Below, piece after piece: positions 56,182 through 64,000 of a DNA stretch of 64,000 nt (positions are counted from its first letter, which is position 1; each line of letters begins with the position of its first letter). This DNA is from Escherichia phage HX01: the sequence record NC_018855.1. One strand, given 5' to 3'. Under the pieces are notes generated by a model, which had not been told where the DNA came from, did not search any database, and saw nothing but the letters and a program-made list of their open reading frames with translations. A program made the position numbers and the translations under genes.

Positions 56182-57309
56182 TTATTCCGATGCTTCTTTA
56201 AATTCTTGTCCAAATACCTTACCAGTATCAGTTGAAGATTGAGTAGGTAATGTCATTATGTCTGGGGCACTTAAAGATTCTGAAACATAATTTACACGAA
56301 TACCATTTACACCAAACTCAGCAGGTTTTGAAACGCTTCCATTACATGATACTTCAGTGAATATAATGTTTCTTAATCCACCTTGCCCGACTGGAGCTGT
56401 ACGATAACAATAAATCGTGAACCCGTCAGCACCAGCAGGAATTTCTATGTAGTCTTCATATATCTTCCATTCACCTGCAGCCCCATCAAAGTTTATATCC
56501 TTAAATGAAATAGGTGAAGTAGAAGGAGATTTAAAGAAACGAATAGAAAGTCGTGTCGTCCCTTGTGCTAACAAATCAGCATCGGCCATTAGTTGGAATT
56601 TCATATAAAGGAAATCTCCAGGCTTCAATTTATACCCAGCGAGAGGTGTAATAAGGGATGTTGTAGGCATCCTTTTAATTTCATTATTAGTACCTCCAAC
56701 GGCAGATAAAAATGTGTCTGTCGATTCATACGTACGACTAGGGAAGCCGGTAGCACCAATATCGTCGATCGTGTCATACACAACATCAAGTGGTGTACTA
56801 TAGTCGGTTGAAGTTTTCTTATTACTATACTTAATATGTTCTAGTGCTATAGCATTCTTACCAGAAATATAAAATGCCGAATAAGAAATGTCCACTATAT
56901 TTAAAACTTGTTGAGCTAATGGAATAGCAGAACTTCCGGCTTTATTAAACCATGTAAGAACTTCAGGCGGAAAGTTTGTTTTAGCGTTAGTAACAAGAGC
57001 AAATATAAAATTTGAAGCATATGTGTCCATGAAAGTAACAAATGCACTTGACGTTGTGTCGTTTTCAGTAGAGAAATTATATGACTTAGATTCAACTACT
57101 GCACCTGTTGTAGGATTTATTACACGAACGTTTAATCCAACGGAAAAAACCTGGGACCCAAGTGGATTATCTTGGAACTTAATATAAGCAGGAGATGTTG
57201 ATAGCGGGCAAGAGCCCGCTATGCTTAATTTAAATCGTACTGAATTGCTTTCCGATAAAAATGGCGTTTGGACGTATCCTTGTCCGAACTTAGCCATAAA
57301 TTTTTCCAT
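56182..57309 (-). CDS. 35: gp35 long tail fiber hinge protein
   Basis: 375 aa (T4 372); syntenic between genes 34 and 36. Confidence 0.8.
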   Translation of the reverse strand: MEKFMAKFGQGYVQTPFLSESNSVRFKLSIAGSCPLSTSPAYIKFQDNPLGSQVFSVGLNVRVINPTTGAVVESKSYNFSTENDTTSSAFVTFMDTYASNFIFALVTNAKTNFPPEVLTWFNKAGSSAIPLAQQVLNIVDISYSAFYISGKNAIALEHIKYSNKKTSTDYSTPLDVVYDTIDDIGATGFPSRTYESTDTFLSAVGGTNNEIKRMPTTSLITPLAGYKLKPGDFLYMKFQLMADADLLAQGTTRLSIRFFKSPSTSPISFKDINFDGAAGEWKIYEDYIEIPAGADGFTIYCYRTAPVGQGGLRNIIFTEVSCNGSVSKPAEFGVNGIRVNYVSESLSAPDIMTLPTQSSTDTGKVFGQEFKEASE

Positions 57310-57317
57310 AATACCTC

Positions 57318-60300
57318 TTATTCAATCCACTCAAATTTAACAGTTTTATTCACAGGGTCTGGAATAATGCGAACATTACCAATCCTTAAGAAATCCCTTA
57401 TTGTCAAGTTTCCGATTGTTGCATTATCAGAAGGTAAAGCGCCAATATCAGAAGGTTGAGGAGGGTTTCCGCCATCAAATACCTGAACAAAACTCGACCA
57501 AGAATTTTTAGTTTTCTGCCATGTACGTGTCCAACGGGTTGTACGTGCTTCTGGAGTTGTTGGATAAGTAATCCAATCTTGGTAAAGTGAATCAAGTGTA
57601 TTACCAAACTGAGTCAATGTACCAGGAGATTTAACTTCTTCGCCACGTTCTAAGTATGGAAGCCCAGTCACTTCATTAGTTTTTTCAACCATTTTAAAAT
57701 AACCCGGGAATTGGTTATAAGTAGCTGAATCATTAATGTCAATTGACCAGAATCCTACAGTATCAGATGTCGGTGCACGGGTGTATAAATCAGCGGTTTT
57801 AGTGCCCTGAGAACGAATTCTCGAGTTAACAGTTAAACCACCTGAATTTATAGTAGCACCTTTGGCAATGATTAAGCTTTCACCAATCGTTACTTGGCCG
57901 GATGCATTATTAATAGCTAAAGGACGTAATCCATTAAATCCGCCAGTCTGATCACCTGATGCAGTAAGCATAAAATAGGTATTAGCAGCATCATTACGAA
58001 TAAAGAATCCGTAATTACCACTAATTGCTCTGAATGCGTTTGCACTATAGGTTATAAATTCACCCTGTGCTGTCACCGAACGTCCAAATGTTGCCGCACC
58101 ATTAGCATTCAATGTTCCGGATGCATTAACATTAATCGGCCGAACTGTACCGTTGATGCTGAAAGTAATATTACCAAGGTTATCCCGTTGTGAATAAAAG
58201 TGGTTAGATGTTTCATCACCAACTTCAAATATCGTAGCACGAGATGTATCAGAACCGCCGGCGAATTGGTTACCCCATACACGGATATTCATCGCCTGAG
58301 CAGGGTTGTTTCCAGTTTGTGGACCTTTTTCAAATATTAAGCGAGTTGAAGCACCTGTATTAGAAATAGTTAATGTACTATTAGCAGATACCGAACCACC
58401 AAACGTAGCCGTACTAGATGATACAAGAGGGGCACTCAGATTCGTTTGTTGGGTTAAGGTTAGTGAACCATTAACCGTCTGTGCAATGTCCCTACGAATG
58501 AACTGAGATGAATCTAGGCCATCTAATAAATTTGCGTCAGCAGCTTTTGCTTTTAATGGCAAGTAATTTGCCAATACACGGTTTAATTCATACGGTGATA
58601 CTGCATAGCTATTTTTCTCGTATAGCTCTAAGTTTTGTGTAGAACCGACTGTATCATTACCAACGAATGTAATAGAACCGGATGAAGTTTTAACGAATCC
58701 GCGAATTGCTGTAGTAGCAGCCCATGTTGGTTCACTCTGCACAATCCATTTTAAATTCTTAGGAGATACAGCAGTGTTCGCTGACGTTCCAGTCACAGTT
58801 TCAGACTGGGTTGCAACCTTGATTACACCTTCAGACGTTTCAGTGGACTTAGTCCCTAAAAGCTTTTTAGGAGTAATAAGAACATCATCTAAAGTTCCTG
58901 CATTAGATTCTGCCTGGGTCGCTACGCGAAGTGTACCACGTTGTGTTTCATTTGCTTTAGAAATATCAAGAGTATAATGGTTCCACAAGGTTCCTTCTTC
59001 AATAAGTCCGGAATCAGAATTAACACTGGTACGGTCAGAAGAATCAAAATGAGTTTTAATTTTCAGTGGAGTCGAGATACGAGTATCATCAGTTCCAGTA
59101 TCAAATTCAACTTGCGTAGCAATTTCGGCTATGCCGGATAATCCTTCCGTCGCTCTCCTATCATTTAACGTCTTAGGCGTTACTGCACGTGTATAATCAG
59201 TCCCAGCATTAGTTTCTGCTTGCGTAGCAATTTCAATTAAACCAATACGTCCATCAGTAGAAGTTTTCTTATGTAGTGTTTCAGGAGTTACTACAGCATG
59301 AGAGTATCCAGACTGAGATTGTCCAGCAATTACTTCACTATCAATAGCTAAAATTACTGCACCTTGTTGGGCGTAAGTTGCTTTATATTGGTCAAGGGCT
59401 TTAGGAGAAATAGTTAAATTATTTACGGTTTTATTATAAACATTAGTGCCTGCAGCCCCACGAGTTTCGGCAGGAGTAGCAGAAGTAGTTGATACATATT
59501 TAACTATACCCGATAGTGTTTCGGAACCCTGACGTGCCTGTAATTTCTTAGGCGTAATAATCGTTGTGTCATCAAGACCAGCATCGGTTTCAGTCTGAGT
59601 AGCAATTTCAGCAAGACCGCGACGAGTTTCAGTTGCTGTACGCTCATTTAGTTTTTTAGGCGTAACAATAGTATCGTCCACAAATGATGCTGTGGAATTC
59701 TGGTTAACTTGTGCTGTTGTAGCAATTTTAGCGATACCACGTCGAGCTTCAGTTGCTGTACGATTTGCCAACGTTTCAGGAGTAATAGCAACTTCTTTAG
59801 CCGGAGTATTCTCTAAATCAACATTTGCTTGCGCTTGAGTAGCAAGAGCAATAACACCTAAACGAGCTCGTGTAGCATCAGTTCCAGCATCAACACGTTC
59901 TACCGTAGGGACATTCTGTTGCACAACCCAATAATGGGTGTCAGAATCGGTATCTTCAATATATGCTAATTCTAATACAGGAACATATGAATTAGTACCA
60001 TTGAATTCCAATTCAGTAACAGAAACCCATTGAGCATCAGGTGGATATTCAGAACGTTTAGGGAACTGAAGCAATGCAACAGAAGAAGCAATTGTATCAC
60101 CAGTAGCTGCTTTAATTTTTACTGTTTGGCCTTTACGCATGTAGTTCATTGAAATTTTAACAGTGTCACCACTCAAAATTCCAGTAGGCAGCGTAAGATT
60201 AATAGTTCCGGTTGTAGCGTTATTTGTGCCAAAAATAAGAACTTCTTCATTTGGACGAATATTTGAATCAGCACGGATAATACGAAGACGCGATTTCTGG

Positions 60301-61193
60301 TCGCCTTCCCATATACGCCATAAACTATTTGAAGCATCAAAAACAAAAAACGCGTCAGAGTCATTTCTGCCTTCGGCAATATGAGTCCCGACTTCACCAA
60401 TAGACGTTGTATCATCAAATGTTTTAACAATTGTATGATACAGTGGGTTTAATTTATCTAAATCGACTAGGGTGATTATATCACCATTGTTAGCATTACG
60501 TGGAAGTGTAATGTTGATTGGTGCTGCACTAGTAAAACGACGAACGATAAAATCATTTGCTTGTGCTTGATATGGTGTCGCAGGTGTAACAGTGATTGAT
60601 TCTTTACCGTAATCAATGATATACATCTGCCACAAACGATTACTAAACACAAACACTAGTTGTGAACGTGGGCGCGTCATTAAAACTGTACGAACTTGTT
60701 CACCTCTAAAGTTTAAAATACTCTGCACAGATGCGTTAATCTGTACTTTAACTGTCCCGGTTCTTCCACCAATATCAGCCAAAACAACAGTATCACCATC
60801 AACTGGTGCACTTGGCAACGTGAAAACCATATCATTGCCGGCACCAGTGTTAACCGAAATCGATTCACCTGAAGAAAGTTGATAAGTCCCAGAAGCGACA
60901 GTTATCCATTGTGCATCAGTACGAACTGCACGCCATTGTAAAAGGTTAAATGCCCCGGAAGGAGACACGATATCATTTATTGCTTGATATAATCGGTTGT
61001 CATAAAGAACAACAAATCCTTTGTTATATCCACGCGTAGAATCATATACTTGAACGGTGTTTTCTTGTACCAGGAAGTCAACGTTTACGCCATCAGTACC
61101 TACTGTACGGTCGGCTAATGCTACGTTAACAATCTTGTCGCCACCGGCGTCCAGACCGTCTTCGGCTCTGAACTTACGTTTGATGTCGGCCAT
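57318..61193 (-). CDS. 34: gp34 long tail fiber proximal subunit
   Basis: 1291 aa (T4 1289); fibrous repeat-rich protein; divergent from rnh as in T4. Confidence 0.9.
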   Translation of the reverse strand: MADIKRKFRAEDGLDAGGDKIVNVALADRTVGTDGVNVDFLVQENTVQVYDSTRGYNKGFVVLYDNRLYQAINDIVSPSGAFNLLQWRAVRTDAQWITVASGTYQLSSGESISVNTGAGNDMVFTLPSAPVDGDTVVLADIGGRTGTVKVQINASVQSILNFRGEQVRTVLMTRPRSQLVFVFSNRLWQMYIIDYGKESITVTPATPYQAQANDFIVRRFTSAAPINITLPRNANNGDIITLVDLDKLNPLYHTIVKTFDDTTSIGEVGTHIAEGRNDSDAFFVFDASNSLWRIWEGDQKSRLRIIRADSNIRPNEEVLIFGTNNATTGTINLTLPTGILSGDTVKISMNYMRKGQTVKIKAATGDTIASSVALLQFPKRSEYPPDAQWVSVTELEFNGTNSYVPVLELAYIEDTDSDTHYWVVQQNVPTVERVDAGTDATRARLGVIALATQAQANVDLENTPAKEVAITPETLANRTATEARRGIAKIATTAQVNQNSTASFVDDTIVTPKKLNERTATETRRGLAEIATQTETDAGLDDTTIITPKKLQARQGSETLSGIVKYVSTTSATPAETRGAAGTNVYNKTVNNLTISPKALDQYKATYAQQGAVILAIDSEVIAGQSQSGYSHAVVTPETLHKKTSTDGRIGLIEIATQAETNAGTDYTRAVTPKTLNDRRATEGLSGIAEIATQVEFDTGTDDTRISTPLKIKTHFDSSDRTSVNSDSGLIEEGTLWNHYTLDISKANETQRGTLRVATQAESNAGTLDDVLITPKKLLGTKSTETSEGVIKVATQSETVTGTSANTAVSPKNLKWIVQSEPTWAATTAIRGFVKTSSGSITFVGNDTVGSTQNLELYEKNSYAVSPYELNRVLANYLPLKAKAADANLLDGLDSSQFIRRDIAQTVNGSLTLTQQTNLSAPLVSSSTATFGGSVSANSTLTISNTGASTRLIFEKGPQTGNNPAQAMNIRVWGNQFAGGSDTSRATIFEVGDETSNHFYSQRDNLGNITFSINGTVRPINVNASGTLNANGAATFGRSVTAQGEFITYSANAFRAISGNYGFFIRNDAANTYFMLTASGDQTGGFNGLRPLAINNASGQVTIGESLIIAKGATINSGGLTVNSRIRSQGTKTADLYTRAPTSDTVGFWSIDINDSATYNQFPGYFKMVEKTNEVTGLPYLERGEEVKSPGTLTQFGNTLDSLYQDWITYPTTPEARTTRWTRTWQKTKNSWSSFVQVFDGGNPPQPSDIGALPSDNATIGNLTIRDFLRIGNVRIIPDPVNKTVKFEWIE

Positions 61194-61223
61194 TCGTTTT
61201 TCCTTTATTGTTTCAATAATACT

Positions 61224-61231
61224 TATTTATA
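61224..61231 (-). promoter_or_regulatory. late promoter (TATAAATA) for gene 34
   Basis: Plus-strand TATTTATA 31 nt upstream of the gene 34 ATG on the minus strand. Confidence 0.6.
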
Positions 61232-61234
61232 CCA

Positions 61235-61264
61235 GTTTACGCTTTCAAATGAGTGTGTTACTAT
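61235..61264 (+). promoter_or_regulatory. early promoter for rnh
   Basis: GTTTAC, 17-nt spacer, TACTAT; back-to-back with the gene 34 late promoter. Confidence 0.45.
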
Positions 61265-61296
61265 AGACAAGTTGACTAACTGAACAAGAGGTTCAT

Positions 61297-62214
61297 ATGG
61301 ATTTAGAAATGATGTTAGATGAAGATTACAAAGAAGGTATTGCACTTGCCGACTTTAGTAACATTGCATTGGCCGCCGCATTAAACAACTTTGAAGACGG
61401 CGATAAAATTACTGTTCCGATGGTTCGCCATGTAATCTTGAATTCAATTCGTAAAAACGTGGTGATGTTCCGTAAGCAAGGCTATACAAAATTTGTATTG
61501 TGTATGGATAATGCTACTTCAGGTTATTGGCGTCGTGACTTTGCTTACTATTACAAGAAAAATCGTAAAACCGATCGTGAAGCTTCAAAGTGGGATTGGG
61601 AAGGATATTTTACTGCACTCCATCAAGTTGTTGATGAGATTAAGAAATACATGCCATACGTTGTAATGGATATTGACAAGTATGAAGCGGATGACCATAT
61701 CGGTGTATTAACTAAATATTTGTCATTAGCTGGACATAAGGTGTGTATTGTTGCATCAGATGGTGACTTTACACAATTACACAAATACCCTAACGTTAAA
61801 CAGTGGTCGCCACCACAGAAAAAATGGGTTAAAATTAAGAACGGTTCTGCTGAAATTGATTGCATGACTAAAATTCTTAAAGGTGACCGTAAAGATGGCG
61901 TTGCATCTGTTCGAGTTCGTGGTGACTTCTGGTTTACTCGAGTTGATGGTGAACGAACTCCGAGCATGAAAACAACGATTATTGAAGCAATTGCCAATGA
62001 CCGTTCTCAAGCCGAAGTATTATTAAGTGCAGAAGAATATAAACGGTATCAAGAAAATTTGGTTCTCATTGATTTTGATTATATCCCTGATAATATTGCT
62101 TCAACCATTATAGAGTATTATAACTCATATAAACCACAACCTAAAGGCAAGATTTATTCATACTTTGTAAAATCTGGTCTTTCTAAATTAACAAGTGTAA
62201 TTAATGAATTCTGA
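61297..62214 (+). CDS. rnh: RNase H (5'-3' exonuclease / flap endonuclease)
   Basis: 305 aa, same as T4; MDLEMMLDEDYKEGIALADFSNIALAAALNNF and most of the length near-identical to T4 RNase H. Confidence 0.9.
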   Translation: MDLEMMLDEDYKEGIALADFSNIALAAALNNFEDGDKITVPMVRHVILNSIRKNVVMFRKQGYTKFVLCMDNATSGYWRRDFAYYYKKNRKTDREASKWDWEGYFTALHQVVDEIKKYMPYVVMDIDKYEADDHIGVLTKYLSLAGHKVCIVASDGDFTQLHKYPNVKQWSPPQKKWVKIKNGSAEIDCMTKILKGDRKDGVASVRVRGDFWFTRVDGERTPSMKTTIIEAIANDRSQAEVLLSAEEYKRYQENLVLIDFDYIPDNIASTIIEYYNSYKPQPKGKIYSYFVKSGLSKLTSVINEF

Positions 62215-62221
62215 GGTAAAC

Positions 62222-62491
62222 ATGGCTAAGAAAGAAGCAGTTGAATTTAATCAAGATGTGCATGGTGAAGAACTGGCTAAACTAGTCAAAGAAGCTTCCG
62301 ATAACAAACTTAAAATTTCTGGTTATAATGAACTGATTAAAGACATTCGTACTCGTGCTAAAGAAGAGCTTGGCGTCGATGGAAAAATGTTTAATCGTTT
62401 GTTAGCTCTTTATCATAAAGACGCACGTGACCAATTTGAAGCTGAAAACGAAGAGGTAGTCGAGCTTTATGACACAGTTTTCACTAAGTGA
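62222..62491 (+). CDS. dsbA: DsbA late-transcription dsDNA-binding protein
   Basis: Track start trimmed to ATG 62222 (GAGGT ribosome-binding site), giving 89 aa as in T4; MAKKEAVEFNQDVHGEELAKLVKEASDNKLKISGYNELIKDIRTRAKEELGVDGKMFNRLLALYHKD matches T4 DsbA. Confidence 0.8.
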   Translation: MAKKEAVEFNQDVHGEELAKLVKEASDNKLKISGYNELIKDIRTRAKEELGVDGKMFNRLLALYHKDARDQFEAENEEVVELYDTVFTK

Positions 62492-62807
62492 TATTAAACC
62501 GGTTGATGAGACCGGTTTATCTGAACAAGAATTAGCAGTAAAACACGATAAAGATGATATCGCTAAATTGCTTGACCGACAAGAAAATGGATTCATTATC
62601 GAATCCATGGTTGAACAATTTGGTATGTCTTATTTAGAAGCAACAACTGCTTTCTTGGAAGAAAATTCTATTCCAGAAACACAATTTGCTAAATTTATTC
62701 CTACAGGAATTGTTGAAAAAATTACAAGCGAAGCAATTGACGAAAATATGCTTCGCCCATCAGTTGCTCGTGGTGAAAAAACTAATACGTTAGATTTCTT
62801 ATTATGA
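62469..62807 (+). CDS. 33: gp33 late-transcription co-activator
   Basis: 112 aa as in T4; syntenic between dsbA and gene 59. Confidence 0.75.
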   Translation: MTQFSLSDIKPVDETGLSEQELAVKHDKDDIAKLLDRQENGFIIESMVEQFGMSYLEATTAFLEENSIPETQFAKFIPTGIVEKITSEAIDENMLRPSVARGEKTNTLDFLL

Positions 62808-63457
62808 TTAAAATACGCATGCCTCCTGATGGAGAACGTTATATTAACGGAAAATCGGTATACAAACTATACTTGATGTGCAAACAACATTTTAATGGTC
62901 GGTATGACGTAATCAAATATAACTGGTGCATGCGTGTTTCGGATAATGCGTATCAAAAACGCCGAGATAAATATTTCTTTGAAAAACTAGCAGAGAAATA
63001 TAAATTGAAGGAACTCACCTTGATATTCATAAGCAACTTAGTTGCTAACCAAGACGCATGGATTGGTGAGATATCAGACGCTGATGCATTAGTTTTCTAT
63101 AGGGAATATATTGGACGTCTCAAACAAGCCAAGGAGACGTTTGCTGAAGATGTACGTAACATCTACTATTTCGGTAAGAAAGTTGAAGTTAGCGCGCTTC
63201 AAGAGATATTTGATTATAATAATAAAGTTCAGTCGAGCTACATATTTAAATTGCTACAAAGCAATATAATTTCATTTGAAACCTTCTTGTTGTTAGATTC
63301 ATTTTTGAATATTATAGATAAGCACGACGAACTCACCGATAACTTAGTCTGGCAAAATTATTCTACCAAATTAAAGGCATATCGAAAAATACTTCAAATC
63401 GATGGAAATGCTGCTAAGAAATTGTTCATAGAAACAATCAAATCATGTAAGTATTAA
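62804..63457 (+). CDS. 59: gp59 helicase loader
   Basis: 217 aa as in T4; immediately upstream of gene 32. Confidence 0.85.
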   Translation: MIKIRMPPDGERYINGKSVYKLYLMCKQHFNGRYDVIKYNWCMRVSDNAYQKRRDKYFFEKLAEKYKLKELTLIFISNLVANQDAWIGEISDADALVFYREYIGRLKQAKETFAEDVRNIYYFGKKVEVSALQEIFDYNNKVQSSYIFKLLQSNIISFETFLLLDSFLNIIDKHDELTDNLVWQNYSTKLKAYRKILQIDGNAAKKLFIETIKSCKY

Positions 63458-63486
63458 GCTTTATTTCTTGTGTGTTAAAATTACTT

Positions 63487-63494
63487 TATAAATA
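63487..63494 (+). promoter_or_regulatory. late promoter (TATAAATA) upstream of gene 32
   Basis: Exact TATAAATA 86 nt upstream of the gene 32 ATG. Confidence 0.45.
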
Positions 63495-63500
63495 AATCAT

Positions 63501-63579
63501 ACCAGCTACGAGGTATAAGTGTCGTAGCAACCAACTGTAAGTAAATAAATTAAATAATCTAAATAAAAGGTAATAATCC
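63501..63579 (+). promoter_or_regulatory. gene 32 autoregulatory translational operator region
   Basis: GCTACG-12 nt-CGTAGC hairpin followed by a long unstructured A/U-rich leader (repeated TAAATA/AAATAA) ending at the ribosome-binding site, as in the T4 gene 32 operator. Confidence 0.4.
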
Positions 63580-64000
63580 ATGTTTAAACGTAAATCTACT
63601 GCTGACCTCGCTGCTCAAATGGCTAAACTGAATGGTAACAAAGGTTTCTCTTCAGAAGATAAAGGCGAATGGAAGCTGAAGCTAGATGCATCCGGTAATG
63701 GTCAAGCGGTAATTCGTTTCTTGCCAGCAAAAACTGATGATGCACTACCATTTGCAATTCTTGTTAACCACGGTTTCAAGAAAAATGGTAAATGGTATAT
63801 TGAAAATTGCTCTTCTACACATGGTGATTACGACTCTTGTCCTGTATGTCAGTACATTAGTAAAAATGACCTGTACAATACCAACAAAGCTGAATATTCT
63901 CAACTGAAACGTAAAACTTCTTATTGGGCTAATATTCTGGTTGTTAAAGACCCTCAAGCTCCAGATAACGAAGGTAAAGTATTTAAATATCGTTTCGGTA
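63580..64000 (+). CDS. 32: gp32 single-stranded DNA-binding protein (3' truncated by window end)
   Basis: Not in the ORF track because it runs off the window; [49 protein letters not shown]...[15 protein letters not shown] is near-identical to T4 gp32. Confidence 0.9.
   Translation, partial: MFKRKSTADLAAQMAKLNGNKGFSSEDKGEWKLKLDASGNGQAVIRFLPAKTDDALPFAILVNHGFKKNGKWYIENCSSTHGDYDSCPVCQYISKNDLYNTNKAEYSQLKRKTSYWANILVVKDPQAPDNEGKVFKYRFG

Noticed and set aside
1-64000. tRNA genes, rRNA, CRISPR arrays, integrase or att sites
   Set aside because: No cloverleaf-like conserved tRNA features, no spaced direct repeats and no integrase-like ORF were seen; gene order is that of a lytic T4-like genome.

Overview
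This window reads as a T4-like (Tevenvirinae) phage genome segment, colinear with the T4 map from gene 55 through the start of gene 32. Calls rest on by-eye protein similarity to T4 proteins I recall plus synteny; nothing was searched or computed beyond reading the sequence. Plus strand carries 55, 47, 46, 45.2, rpbA, 45, 44, 62, regA, 43, an insert, uvsX, 40, 41, dmd, sp, 61, 56, soc, two Mod-like ADP-ribosyltransferases, dda, dexA, a fused 39/60 topoisomerase subunit, rIIA, rIIB, ndd, 52, motA, asiA, then rnh, dsbA, 33, 59 and 32 (3' truncated). Minus strand carries the late block t, 38, 37, 36, 35, 34. The 903-aa DNA polymerase matches what I remember of RB69 gp43, so this is probably RB69 or a close relative, but that is unverified. 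The main finding: alpha-gt and beta-gt are missing from their syntenic slots. In their place, between gene 43 and uvsX, sits a sugar-nucleotide cassette (SIS isomerase, nucleotidyltransferase-kinase fusion, HAD-like protein, Cys-cluster protein, divergent gene-42-like hydroxymethylase, a 299-aa unknown, a P-loop kinase), and a GT-B-like glycosyltransferase candidate lies between gene 39 and rIIA. Together these look like a DNA hypermodification system of the arabinosyl-hmC kind. Many ORF-track starts are TTG/GTG N-terminal extensions and were trimmed to the ATG with a ribosome-binding site. No tRNA, rRNA or CRISPR array was seen.
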